Shown: positions 1 through 8,083 of the stretch, piece after piece | How the letters are laid out: each line of letters opens with the position of its first letter | How positions within the stretch are numbered: position 1 is the stretch's first letter | NCBI GenBank assembly: GCA_049580385.1 | Contig: JBAUPV010000006.1 | Location: 64,529 to 128,528 of the forward strand | Source: Desulfobaccales bacterium | Lineage (GTDB): Bacteria; Desulfobacterota; Desulfobaccia; Desulfobaccales; 0-14-0-80-60-11 | Length of the DNA: 64,000 nucleotides | Direction of reading: 5' to 3' | Position numbers and translations under genes: made by a program | The notes under the pieces: generated by a model | Told to the model about the DNA's origin: nothing | The model's database searches: none | What the model saw: the letters and a program-made list of their open reading frames with translations, nothing else

Positions 1-257
1 CAAACGCTGGAGAGCAGAGCCCTCCCCTGCCGTCTTTTCCGGTGCAGTTCGGAGTCCAAAACCTCGGCAATGTTGGTCTTGGCCTCAACAAAGCTCCCCC
101 ACGGCGATTTTGGATGATGAGAGTATTTCCGCATGAAGACGGCATAGCAGTACCGGCACCCGTGCTCGCAGCCCAAATAAGGGTTGATCACATAGTCCAC
201 GCCGGGGATCCTCGACCGGACCAGGGCGCTTTTGATCCCTATCTCCAGGACATCCAT
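1..257 (-). CDS. radical SAM protein, SPL/COG1533-like (5' part only; gene runs off the window start)
   Basis: Minus-strand translation from the ATG at 257 reads MDVLEIGIKSALVRSRIPGVDYVINPYLGCEHGCRYCYAVFMRKYSHHPKSPWGSFVEAKTNIAEVL... It carries the CxxxCxxC motif CEHGCRYC. There is no stop before position 1, so it is absent from the ORF track. Confidence 0.6.
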   Translation of the reverse strand, partial: MDVLEIGIKSALVRSRIPGVDYVINPYLGCEHGCRYCYAVFMRKYSHHPKSPWGSFVEAKTNIAEVLDSELHRKRRQGRALLSSV

Positions 258-483
258 GACATCATGGGGAAAAGAGGAAAAAAGGGGGAATCTGCCGTTT
301 CCTTAGCCCGGTTGCCTCGATTGGTGGCGCCCTCTTCTCAAGATAAGCCCTGATTTTTCAGGCGCTGCCAAATCCCCGGCGGGGAACCTGAGGCGAGACC
401 GGGTAAATCATGCCTTGCCAAAAGGCCAGAAACCCAGGGCAACCTCAAATCCACCCCTTATCCTGCCAGCAAAGGCTGCAAAT

Positions 484-990
484 CTAATTGTTGGGCCCGC
501 CGGATGGCAAGGAAGGTACTTGTGCTTCCACAAGCCTGGCCTGATTATAAGCCCGGATGACCTCACGCTCGTAGGATGGGGTGCAGGTGGCATTATAGAC
601 ATGCAGGACTTTCCTGATATCTCCATGGTATTTCTGCATCAGATGGGCTATGACCGCCGCCCCGCCCATGATATTTTCCTTGGGGTTGTGGGCGTCCACC
701 CCATACACTCTGGCGGTGCCCCGATCCAATTGCATCAGGCCAAAACATCTTCCTCTTCCCGATGTCGCGTCCGGGTCAAATCTCGATTCGATGGCGCATA
801 CCGCCTGGATGAGATAAGGCGAAATTTGGTAGCGCAGGGCTGCTTCCTTCATGTAATTCCAGTACTCCTGCTTCAGGTACAGGTTCCCTATTCTGGGCGC
901 GGTCTGGGGCCAAAAGGGTTGGGATTGCGCCCAGGATGGGGTGGCTGAGCACAGAAATGTTAAGCATAGTCCTATAGAGAGAGTTTTCAT
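484..990 (-). CDS. lytic transglycosylase (SLT domain), exported
   Basis: N-terminal signal peptide MKTLSIGLCLTFLCSATPSWA. SLT signature AIESRFDP...GLMQL. Confidence 0.75.
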   Translation of the reverse strand: MKTLSIGLCLTFLCSATPSWAQSQPFWPQTAPRIGNLYLKQEYWNYMKEAALRYQISPYLIQAVCAIESRFDPDATSGRGRCFGLMQLDRGTARVYGVDAHNPKENIMGGAAVIAHLMQKYHGDIRKVLHVYNATCTPSYEREVIRAYNQARLVEAQVPSLPSGGPNN

Positions 991-1573
991 GGATAGAGTA
1001 CCTCCTTGGAACTTATTGGCGATTTCGTTGATTCAGTCAGGTTCGAGTTGGAAAAGGTGATTCGGTAGCGCTTAGAAGGACGACTCGACAGGTTCCCTCG
1101 GTTCAGGCCGAGATTGTGAGTGAGTGTACATGCAAACTTCCAGAATTGCAAATAAAATCGACAATTAATAGTCATTCCAGATAGATGCGAATGCGGATGG
1201 ACCTCTCGTCAGGCGCCTTTGCGTCCCAAGAGGCGGAGCCCGGAAAAACTTTTAGGCAGGGGACTTGCGTTCATGAAAACAATTATTAACAAATAATAAA
1301 TGTTATCTGAATTATTTGGGGCCGATCCCGGACCATCTCCAGGGATGCGGCTGTGAACAGCTTTCGCCGCAATGTCTAGGCAAAAAGAGGCCAAAGATGG
1401 CTTAATCCTCTTTCGAACCGGAATTCTTTCCGGAGCGTATGAGTCTATCGAGGGGGACGCAGTCCTTGACCGTCCCCTCTCTCAAATCCCTAAAATTGAT
1501 ATCTGGCTCAATCTTCCCCAGCCAGTGAAATGAACCTGGAAGGTGGGGAATGGTTAAGGAGGATGAGGATGTG

Positions 1574-1795
1574 ATGTCAAAACCGGAGGAGATGTGGCAG
1601 TGCCAGGTTACCAACTGTGGCTATATTTATGACCCGGCCCGCGGGGATAAGAAGGGCAAGATCCCTCCGGGAACCCGTTTTGAGGACCTCCCTGAAGACT
1701 GGAAGTGCCCATGCTGCGGGTCGACCAAGAAAATGTTCCGACCCCTGGCAGGGCCCGGTTCGGTGGCCGAGCAGCCGAGCCATTGCGACACCTGA
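1574..1795 (+). CDS. rub: rubredoxin with a short C-terminal extension
   Basis: [14 protein letters not shown]...[19 protein letters not shown] shows the two CxxC knuckles typical of rubredoxin. AAGGAGG lies upstream. The start could be 1550, 1574 or 1592. Confidence 0.85.
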   Translation: MSKPEEMWQCQVTNCGYIYDPARGDKKGKIPPGTRFEDLPEDWKCPCCGSTKKMFRPLAGPGSVAEQPSHCDT

Positions 1796-1827
1796 CCCCC
1801 AACCAATCAAATTAGAAGGAGCAAAAC

Positions 1828-2202
1828 ATGACCGAGAAATTGCAGGTTTACAAATGTCAGATCTGTGGAAACATAGTGTCCATGCTGCATTCTGGAGACG
1901 GGGCCCTGGTATGTTGCGGCGAGCCCATGAAACTTATGCTGGAAAACACGGTAGATGCTGCCAAGGAAAAGCATGTGCCGGTTATCGAGAAGACCGCCGG
2001 GGGCTTTAAAATAAAGGTGGGGAGCGTCGCCCATCCCATGGAGCCGAGCCACTACATCGAATGGATCGAGGTCATTGCCGATGGTAAATCCTACCGCCAA
2101 TTCCTGAATCCAGGAGGGGCGCCGGAAGCCACCTTCCCCATCGAGGCTAAGGAAGTGGTGGCGCGGGAATATTGTAATCTGCACGGTCTCTGGAAGGCCT
2201 AA
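1828..2202 (+). CDS. dfx: desulfoferrodoxin (2Fe superoxide reductase)
   Basis: The N-terminus has a desulforedoxin-like CxxC...CC motif ([10 protein letters not shown]...LVCCGEPM). The SOR domain follows (KHVPVIE...[13 protein letters not shown]...CNLHGLW). Confidence 0.9.
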   Translation: MTEKLQVYKCQICGNIVSMLHSGDGALVCCGEPMKLMLENTVDAAKEKHVPVIEKTAGGFKIKVGSVAHPMEPSHYIEWIEVIADGKSYRQFLNPGGAPEATFPIEAKEVVAREYCNLHGLWKA

Positions 2203-2205
2203 CCA

Positions 2206-3126
2206 TTGAAGCAATGGTGGCGCAATCGCGATTTTATCCTGGTCTCGGCGGTGATTAGCGGGCTGGTTGCGGGGCGCGGGGCAAGCTGGACCCAGCCGCT
2301 GGTCCTCCCGGCCCTGGCGGTGGTCATGACCCTCTCGACGATGGGGGTTAGAACAGAGGTGCTGCGGTCCCCCCGGGAGTTGTGGCGTCCGGCGCTGGCC
2401 GGCTTAGTTTTGAATTATCTGATGTTGGGCGGGATTCTCCTGGGGTTGAGCTTCCTGATGATCCGGGAACCCGCCATGAAAGACGGATTCGTCCTGCTGG
2501 TGGCGGTGCCGCCGGCTATCGCGGTTATCCCCTTTACCGACTGCTTGGGAGGCAATACCACTTTTTCTCTCCTGGCCACCGTGGCGTGCTATCTGGCGGC
2601 CCTGATCCTTACTCCGTTAATCGCCATCGGATTTTTGGGCTCAGGCTTCTTTGAAACCCGGTCCCTCGCCATGGTGATCGTGGAGTTGATTGTGGCGCCA
2701 CTGCTCATCTCCCGGGTATTGCTCTCGACCTCTCTGGCCACTCGCCTGGAACCCATCAAGGGGGCCATCACCAATTGGGGCTTTTTTGTCGTCATGTACA
2801 CGATTATCGGGTTGAACCGGGAGTTAATTCTGGGGCAGCCCTTCACCCTGGCGCCGGTGGCCGTCATCGCAGTTTTCAGCACCTTCCTCTTGGGTGCGGC
2901 GATCGACAGATTAGGGAGGTCAATGCGGATTGACCGGGCGACGCTGACCAGCCTGGTGCTTCTGGGAACCCTGAAGAATTATGGCATCGCCGGAGGCCTG
3001 GCCTTAGCTCTCTTCAGTAAAAGGACCGCCGTCCCGGCCACCGTCTCCAGTGTTTTCATGATTGTCTATATTATCTGGCTTAATTTCGAAAAGCGCCGGG
3101 CAACTCATCCTGCCATCAGTTCGTAA
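2206..3126 (+). CDS. bile acid:sodium symporter (BASS/ACR3-like) family membrane transporter
   Basis: About 9-10 hydrophobic helices, length near 300 aa, and a BASS-like pattern LTLSTMGVRTEVLRSPRELWRPALAGLVLNYLMLGG. TTG start. Confidence 0.55.
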   Translation: MKQWWRNRDFILVSAVISGLVAGRGASWTQPLVLPALAVVMTLSTMGVRTEVLRSPRELWRPALAGLVLNYLMLGGILLGLSFLMIREPAMKDGFVLLVAVPPAIAVIPFTDCLGGNTTFSLLATVACYLAALILTPLIAIGFLGSGFFETRSLAMVIVELIVAPLLISRVLLSTSLATRLEPIKGAITNWGFFVVMYTIIGLNRELILGQPFTLAPVAVIAVFSTFLLGAAIDRLGRSMRIDRATLTSLVLLGTLKNYGIAGGLALALFSKRTAVPATVSSVFMIVYIIWLNFEKRRATHPAISS

Positions 3127-3761
3127 AAGGACTCGATGGAGGGAAAGTCCGGGTGGGATTCGGCCTGCTGCCGGGAGCTCGATTTGGCCTTGAAGAGGAG
3201 GTGGCGGATGCCGGAAACCCGGGCCGCGGCCAGGGCCTCGGCATTGTCGTCCACCAACAGGGTGGAGCTGGGGTCAAATAGCAATCGCGCCTGCAGCACT
3301 TTCCAGAAGCGCACCTCCTCCTTGGGGGTTCCCAGGTCGAAGGAGGAGACCACTTCCTCGAAATAGGCGAGCAAGCCGGTCTGGTCCATCTTCAAGGCCA
3401 GGGTCTTGGTGTGGGCATTGGTCACCAGGGCCACCCTCTTCCCCGCTTTTCCCAGGAATTTCAGGAAATCTTCGGTGTCGGGGTGGACCTCGATGAGATG
3501 ACGGATGCCCTCTTTCAGCGCCGGGATATCGAGTTCCAGCTCGCGGGACCAGAAGTCGATGTCGGTCCAGTTGAGGGTGCCCTCCTCCCGCCGGTAGCGG
3601 GCGAAGAGCAGTTGCCGGGCCTCCGGCAAGGGGAGCGCCTGGCGCCGGGCATATTCCTCGGGCACCAGGGTTTCCCAGAAGTAGTCGTCAAAGTGTTTAT
3701 CGAGCAGGGTGCCGTCCATGTCCAGGAGCACCCAGGTAATGGTCTGCCAGGGGAATGCCAT
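3105..3761 (-). CDS. HAD-superfamily hydrolase (YrfG-like nucleotidase type)
   Basis: HAD motif I LLDMDGTLLD, motif II VTNA and a distal DD (LLVDDN). Confidence 0.7.
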   Translation of the reverse strand: MAFPWQTITWVLLDMDGTLLDKHFDDYFWETLVPEEYARRQALPLPEARQLLFARYRREEGTLNWTDIDFWSRELELDIPALKEGIRHLIEVHPDTEDFLKFLGKAGKRVALVTNAHTKTLALKMDQTGLLAYFEEVVSSFDLGTPKEEVRFWKVLQARLLFDPSSTLLVDDNAEALAAARVSGIRHLLFKAKSSSRQQAESHPDFPSIESFYELMAG

Positions 3762-3835
3762 GGGCTGTCCTTCCCAATCTCTTATTTTCCTTTTATTTAT
3801 AGATGATCCCGGGGATTTTTCAAGGGCGGAGGCCC

Positions 3836-3864
3836 TTGACTTCGGGATACGAGATACTTAAAAA
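3836..3864 (+). promoter_or_regulatory. candidate sigma70-type promoter for the hsp20 pair
   Basis: TTGACT (3836-3841), 17 nt, then TAAAAA (3859-3864), about 45 nt upstream of the ATG at 3909. The -10 box is weak. Confidence 0.3.
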
Positions 3865-3908
3865 AAATTGACGAGTATAAATTTTCGATAACGCGGAGGA
3901 GAAGGATT

Positions 3909-4364
3909 ATGCCTATAATTTTTCGGGAACCGGGGCCAACCCAGGATCCCCTCCGAGAGCTGGAGCAACTGCAGCGCCGCATGGACCGGCTCTTTCAGGG
4001 AGGCTTCGGCGTGGAGCGCTCACCCTGGCAGGTGGGAGTCTACCCCTTGGTGAATCTCTCCGAAGACCGGGATCATATCTATGTGCGGGCCGAACTGCCC
4101 GGGGTCAAGGCGGAAGACCTGGAAATCACTATCCAGGACGACAGTCTGATCCTGCGGGGCGAACGCAAGATCGCCTCAGAGGAAAAAGAGGTCAACTACC
4201 AGCGCCGGGAACGGGAATCGGGCTTTTTCCGGCGGGTGCTGGCCCTGCCTTCCCGAGTGCAGCCGGATAAGGTGGAGGCCACCTGCAAGGACGGCATCCT
4301 GACCATCAAGTTGGCCAAACCCGAAGAAGTCAAACCCCGGAAGATCAAGGTAAAGGTTGCCTGA
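3909..4364 (+). CDS. Hsp20/alpha-crystallin small heat-shock protein
   Basis: Alpha-crystallin domain: YPLVNLSEDRDHIYVRAELPGVKAEDLEITIQDDSLILRGER...GILTIKLAK. Confidence 0.9.
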   Translation: MPIIFREPGPTQDPLRELEQLQRRMDRLFQGGFGVERSPWQVGVYPLVNLSEDRDHIYVRAELPGVKAEDLEITIQDDSLILRGERKIASEEKEVNYQRRERESGFFRRVLALPSRVQPDKVEATCKDGILTIKLAKPEEVKPRKIKVKVA

Positions 4365-4373
4365 GGAGGATTC

Positions 4374-4775
4374 ATGGCTGAAAAGGAATTGCGGGCAAAG
4401 GCCAAGGCGGAGGCTCCGGCCAAGGGAGAGCGGGTTCGCCCCGGACGGGTCTTCCTGCCGGCGGTGGATATCTTCGAGACCCCCGAGGCCCTGGTAATGG
4501 TGGCCGACATGCCCGGGGTGGCAGCGGATAAAGTGACCGTGGACTTGCGGGACAATTACCTGGTCATCTCCGGCGAAGTGGGCGCACCGCTCGGCCAGGG
4601 CGAAACCATGGTGGATCAGGAATACCTCACCGGGGACTACATCCGGGAATTCCAACTGGGCAGTCTGATCAATCAGGAAAAGATCGAGGCCACCATGAAA
4701 GACGGGGTGCTGCGTTTGGTGCTGGCCAAGGTGGAGCAGGCTAAACCCCGGAAGATCGCAGTGAAGGCCGCCTGA
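4374..4775 (+). CDS. Hsp20/alpha-crystallin small heat-shock protein (second copy)
   Basis: PAVDIFETPEALVMVADMPGVAADKVTVDLRDNYLVISGE...GVLRLVLAK. It starts 10 nt after the first hsp20. Confidence 0.85.
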   Translation: MAEKELRAKAKAEAPAKGERVRPGRVFLPAVDIFETPEALVMVADMPGVAADKVTVDLRDNYLVISGEVGAPLGQGETMVDQEYLTGDYIREFQLGSLINQEKIEATMKDGVLRLVLAKVEQAKPRKIAVKAA

Positions 4776-4844
4776 TCGAGGCGAAAATAACCCACCGGCT
4801 GCGGGGAAGCGGCAGTCCCGGACCGGCTTGGCAAGGAGAGTACC

Positions 4845-5813
4845 TTGAAGGCCATTCGCGTCCACTCATTTGGCGAGCCCGAGGTCATGCGCCTCGAAGA
4901 GGTGCCTGAACTTAAGGCTGGTCCCGGCCAGGTCCTGGTCAAGGTCCAGGCGGCCGGGGTCAATCCGGTGGATACCTACATCCGGGCCGGGGCCTATGCC
5001 GCCGCCCCGCCCCTGCCTTACACCCCGGGCACGGATGCCGCCGGGGAGGTTGAGGCCGTGGGGCCGGGGGTCAGAACGGTGGCCCCCGGCGACCGGGTCT
5101 ACACCTCCAACACCGTGAGCGGCGCCTACGCTGAAAAAACCCTGTGCCTGGAATCCCAGGTCCACCCTTTGCCGCCCCAGGTCACCTTTGCCCAGGGGGC
5201 CGGGGTGAACGTGCCCTATGCCGCGGCCTACCGGGCCCTGTTCCAGCGCGCCAGGGCGGTGCCCGGGGAGGTGGTGCTGGTCCACGGGGCCAGCGGCGGC
5301 GTGGGGGTGGCGGCCACGCAACTGGCCCGGGCCGCAGGACTGACTGTCATCGGCACTGCGGGCACCGACGCCGGGCGGCGCCTGGCCTCAGAGCAAGGGG
5401 CGCACTATGTACTGGACCATGGCGCCGAGGGCTATCTTCAGGAAGTCATGCGGCTGACGGATAATCGCGGCGCGGATGTCATCCTGGAGATGCTGGCCAA
5501 CGTCAATCTGGGCCGTGACCTGGAGGTCCTCGCTGCTGGGGGACGGGTGGTAGTCATCGGCAGCCGGGGTACGGTGGCCATTGACCCCCGCCAGGCCATG
5601 GTCCGGGAGGCCTGCATCCTGGGGATGGCTATCTTTGCCACCACGGAAAAGGAGACAATGAGCCTGCACGCAGCCCTGGGCGCCGGGCTGGCCAACGGCA
5701 CCCTGCACCCGGTGGTGGGCCGGGAGCTCCCCCTGGCTGAGGCCGCCCGGGCGCATCACGACATCATGGAAACCAGGGCCTACGGTAAGATAGTCTTAAT
5801 TCCCAGAGGCTAA
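4845..5813 (+). CDS. qor: NADPH:quinone oxidoreductase (zeta-crystallin/MDR family)
   Basis: MKAIRVHSFGEPEVMRLEEVP...GVNPVDTYIRAG... and the Rossmann motif VLVHGASGGVG. TTG start. Confidence 0.8.
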   Translation: MKAIRVHSFGEPEVMRLEEVPELKAGPGQVLVKVQAAGVNPVDTYIRAGAYAAAPPLPYTPGTDAAGEVEAVGPGVRTVAPGDRVYTSNTVSGAYAEKTLCLESQVHPLPPQVTFAQGAGVNVPYAAAYRALFQRARAVPGEVVLVHGASGGVGVAATQLARAAGLTVIGTAGTDAGRRLASEQGAHYVLDHGAEGYLQEVMRLTDNRGADVILEMLANVNLGRDLEVLAAGGRVVVIGSRGTVAIDPRQAMVREACILGMAIFATTEKETMSLHAALGAGLANGTLHPVVGRELPLAEAARAHHDIMETRAYGKIVLIPRG

Positions 5814-5869
5814 AGTGCAACCGCCTGAGCTGTCAAAACTCGGGCGCCCACGGCGGGAGGCGCGGCTCC

Positions 5870-5893
5870 GGGAGCTGCGGCTCCCCTTTTTTT
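5870..5893 (+). terminator. intrinsic terminator after qor
   Basis: GGGAGC-TGCG-GCTCCC stem-loop (5870-5885), then C and T7 (5887-5893). Confidence 0.65.
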
Positions 5894-6018
5894 GAGGAAA
5901 AGCCGGGCGCCTGCGGGTTCCCCCGTTTGGCGCCTGGCTATATTCTAAATAGGTGCTTACCATCAAGGCGAATTCGTTAAGAGAATACATTTGGGCTATT
6001 TAATCTAAGGAGATCAAG

Positions 6019-7386
6019 ATGATAGCCTTTGAGAACGAGCAGTATCTTCCCTGCGATTTGGCCACTATCGTCAGTACCAGGGAAAGGAAAATATTGCCTT
6101 CTTATGAAGCCCAGCTCTATCACCAACTAGAAATGGTTGTATATCCCATGCACCAGGGATTTTATATCGGGAGCGGCGGCGGCTCTTTTTATGTAGATTC
6201 ATTAAATTTACTTAGGGCCTTGAAGGGGAAGAGCGCGCGCGAGGTCTGTCAGAATGAAGGGGATTTCCAGGAAATAGAACAATACTATCATCATGGTCTT
6301 ATCGGTTTCGAGGAAAATGAGCACGGCCAGCTCGTGGAAATGCCGGTGGCCAAGAAATATCTCGACTTGTATGAGGACCTGGAAACCACCTGGTTCTGCC
6401 ACATTCCCCACAAGATAGAAATTGATATTACGCAAAAATGCAACTTGACGTGTATCCATTGCTCCCGAAATGCTTCTCCGGCCCAGCCGGAAGACAAAAT
6501 TTCCCTGCAGAATTTGATCGATTTCCTGGATCAGGCCGGAAAACTAGGGGTTCCATCAGTGGCCTTCATGGGAGGGGAACCCACCAGCCATCCCGAATTT
6601 ATCGAGTTGGCCGTGATCGCCAAGTATGCCGGCATAAAAGACCTGTCCACCAGTACCAATGGCTATTTGATTGAAGAAGAGTTAGCCGAGAAAATGGCCG
6701 CTCTGTTCGGCGCCGTCCAGGTGAGCATCCATGGTGCGACTAGCGAGACCCATGAGAGGATCACCCGCAGGCCCGGGTCATTCGTCCGGGCCTGTAATGC
6801 CGTTAAGTTATTACGCAAACATAACGTTCATGGTTTGAATATTTCTTTTACGGTAATGGAGGATAATTTTCTGGAAATGCCGCAGATGGTGCAACTTGCC
6901 AAAGAGCTGAATGCTGATTTTGTTCGCTTCCTGGTGCTCTTTTCCCAGGGTCGGGCTAAAGGGCTGCACCAATGGTCTGAAACGGAAAAGAATGAAATAG
7001 GACAGGCCATTACCTCTCTGCGCCAAAAAAACCTCGGTTATGTGAGGGTTGAGGCGGGGGGCTTCCCTCCCTATTATGAACTCCCCAAGGATGCCGCGTT
7101 TTACGGCTGCCCGGCCGGCAGGACCTTGCTGGCGGTCAATGCGGACGGCCAGATGGGGCCATGCAGTAACCTTGATCTTACCTCAGGCAATATCCAGGAC
7201 CATGGCATCATGGAGGTTTGGCACAGTTCTTCTATGCGGGAACTGCGAAAGAGGCCAACCTGCAACTGCTCTTACACCCCGGTGTGCTCCGGTGGTTGCC
7301 TGGCCAATCCTAATTGGCAGAACATGTTCTTCCCCAAAAATGGAGGGGTAAATCATGGATCAAGAGCACCTAAAGCGTGTGGTTGA
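6019..7386 (+). CDS. radical SAM/SPASM-domain enzyme, candidate peptide maturase
   Basis: CNLTCIHC (aa 141-148, nt 6439-6462) is a CxxxCxxC motif. The C-terminus reads CPAGRTLLAVNADGQMGPC...CNCSYTPVCSGGC, which is SPASM-like (Cx12Gx4C ... CxCx5Cx3C). An N-terminal extension of about 135 aa could be a peptide-recognition domain. SD AAGGAG is present. Sampled lines are about 42-45% GC. Confidence 0.85.
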   Translation: MIAFENEQYLPCDLATIVSTRERKILPSYEAQLYHQLEMVVYPMHQGFYIGSGGGSFYVDSLNLLRALKGKSAREVCQNEGDFQEIEQYYHHGLIGFEENEHGQLVEMPVAKKYLDLYEDLETTWFCHIPHKIEIDITQKCNLTCIHCSRNASPAQPEDKISLQNLIDFLDQAGKLGVPSVAFMGGEPTSHPEFIELAVIAKYAGIKDLSTSTNGYLIEEELAEKMAALFGAVQVSIHGATSETHERITRRPGSFVRACNAVKLLRKHNVHGLNISFTVMEDNFLEMPQMVQLAKELNADFVRFLVLFSQGRAKGLHQWSETEKNEIGQAITSLRQKNLGYVRVEAGGFPPYYELPKDAAFYGCPAGRTLLAVNADGQMGPCSNLDLTSGNIQDHGIMEVWHSSSMRELRKRPTCNCSYTPVCSGGCLANPNWQNMFFPKNGGVNHGSRAPKACG

Positions 7387-7654
7387 GCAAACTATTACAG
7401 AGGAACTCACCAGATTCAAACAGGATTTTCTCCTGGACCTGGGCCGCTTGGTGGGACAGTTGGCGGGCTGTGATTCGCAAGAGGGTTGTTGTCAACAACA
7501 GGGCTGCTGCAAACAGGAAGGGTGCTGTTCCAGGACACACGACCTGCCCAACTTAGTCGGAGAACGAATGGATATACTGGAAGAATTTATCCTCAGCCAC
7601 AAGGAACCCATAGTCAAATTTTTCAAAGCTCGCGGCGTGGAGCTGGGATTCTGA
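7355..7654 (+). CDS. Cys-rich (GCCxxx)n repeat small protein, paralog 1 (candidate rSAM substrate)
   Basis: 99 aa. The core is GCDSQE-GCCQQQ-GCCKQE-GCC (aa 38-58, nt 7466-7528). SD GGAGGGG lies 6 nt upstream. The start overlaps the rSAM gene by 32 nt. The C-terminal tail ILSHKEPIVKFFKARGVELGF is shared with paralogs 2 and 3. Confidence 0.7.
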   Translation: MDQEHLKRVVEQTITEELTRFKQDFLLDLGRLVGQLAGCDSQEGCCQQQGCCKQEGCCSRTHDLPNLVGERMDILEEFILSHKEPIVKFFKARGVELGF

Positions 7655-7667
7655 GGAGGTATCTCTC

Positions 7668-7985
7668 ATGAGTAAAGAAGAGCAATCCATCAAAAGCATT
7701 GTGGAACAGGTAATCAAAGAGGAAGTGCCCAGAATCATCCAGCAGGTAGCCTCCGGGATCAGACATCCTTATTTTTACTTGGGAGCTTTAGATCAGGGCT
7801 GCTGCGCCGACCAGGGATGTTGCAGAAATTACGGCTGTTGCAGAGATCAAGGCTGTTGCGTCAAACAGAAGGGGGTTATGGAATTAATCGCGGACCGCCC
7901 TGCTGACATGGAGGCTTATATCATCTCTCACAAAGAGGAGGTCAGGCAATTTTTCAAAGAAAGAGGCGCTGAGCTTAAGCTTTAA
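7668..7985 (+). CDS. Cys-rich (GCCxxx)n repeat small protein, paralog 2
   Basis: 105 aa. The core is GCCADQ-GCCRNY-GCCRDQ-GCC (aa 44-64, nt 7797-7859). SD GAGGAGG is present. It starts 13 nt after paralog 1. Confidence 0.75.
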   Translation: MSKEEQSIKSIVEQVIKEEVPRIIQQVASGIRHPYFYLGALDQGCCADQGCCRNYGCCRDQGCCVKQKGVMELIADRPADMEAYIISHKEEVRQFFKERGAELKL

Positions 7986-8011
7986 TCGCCGTAAAGGTCA
8001 AAAGAACATCA

Positions 8012-8071
8012 TTAGCCACCCGGAACCTCTGGTCATATTTACAAGGCCACGGCGTGGAGCCTGGCTTCTGA
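8012..8071 (+). pseudogene. decayed 3' fragment of a paralog-1-like Cys-repeat gene
   Basis: 8012-8083 aligns with the last 60-70 nt of paralog 1 plus its junction to paralog 2. Compare tagccacccggaacctctggtcatatttacaaggccacggcgtggagcctggcttctgaggag with cagccacaaggaacccatagtcaaatttttcaaagctcgcggcgtggagctgggattctgaggag. Indels are present and no 5' part remains. Confidence 0.45.
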
Positions 8072-8083
8072 GGAGTCATCTTT

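Noticed and set aside
7049-7671. Alternative-frame ORFs 7049..7351 and 7486..7671 inside the rSAM gene and precursor 1
   Set aside because: They are out of frame with ORFs that carry the SPASM cysteines and the GCC repeat. They have no SD and an Arg/Pro-rich composition.
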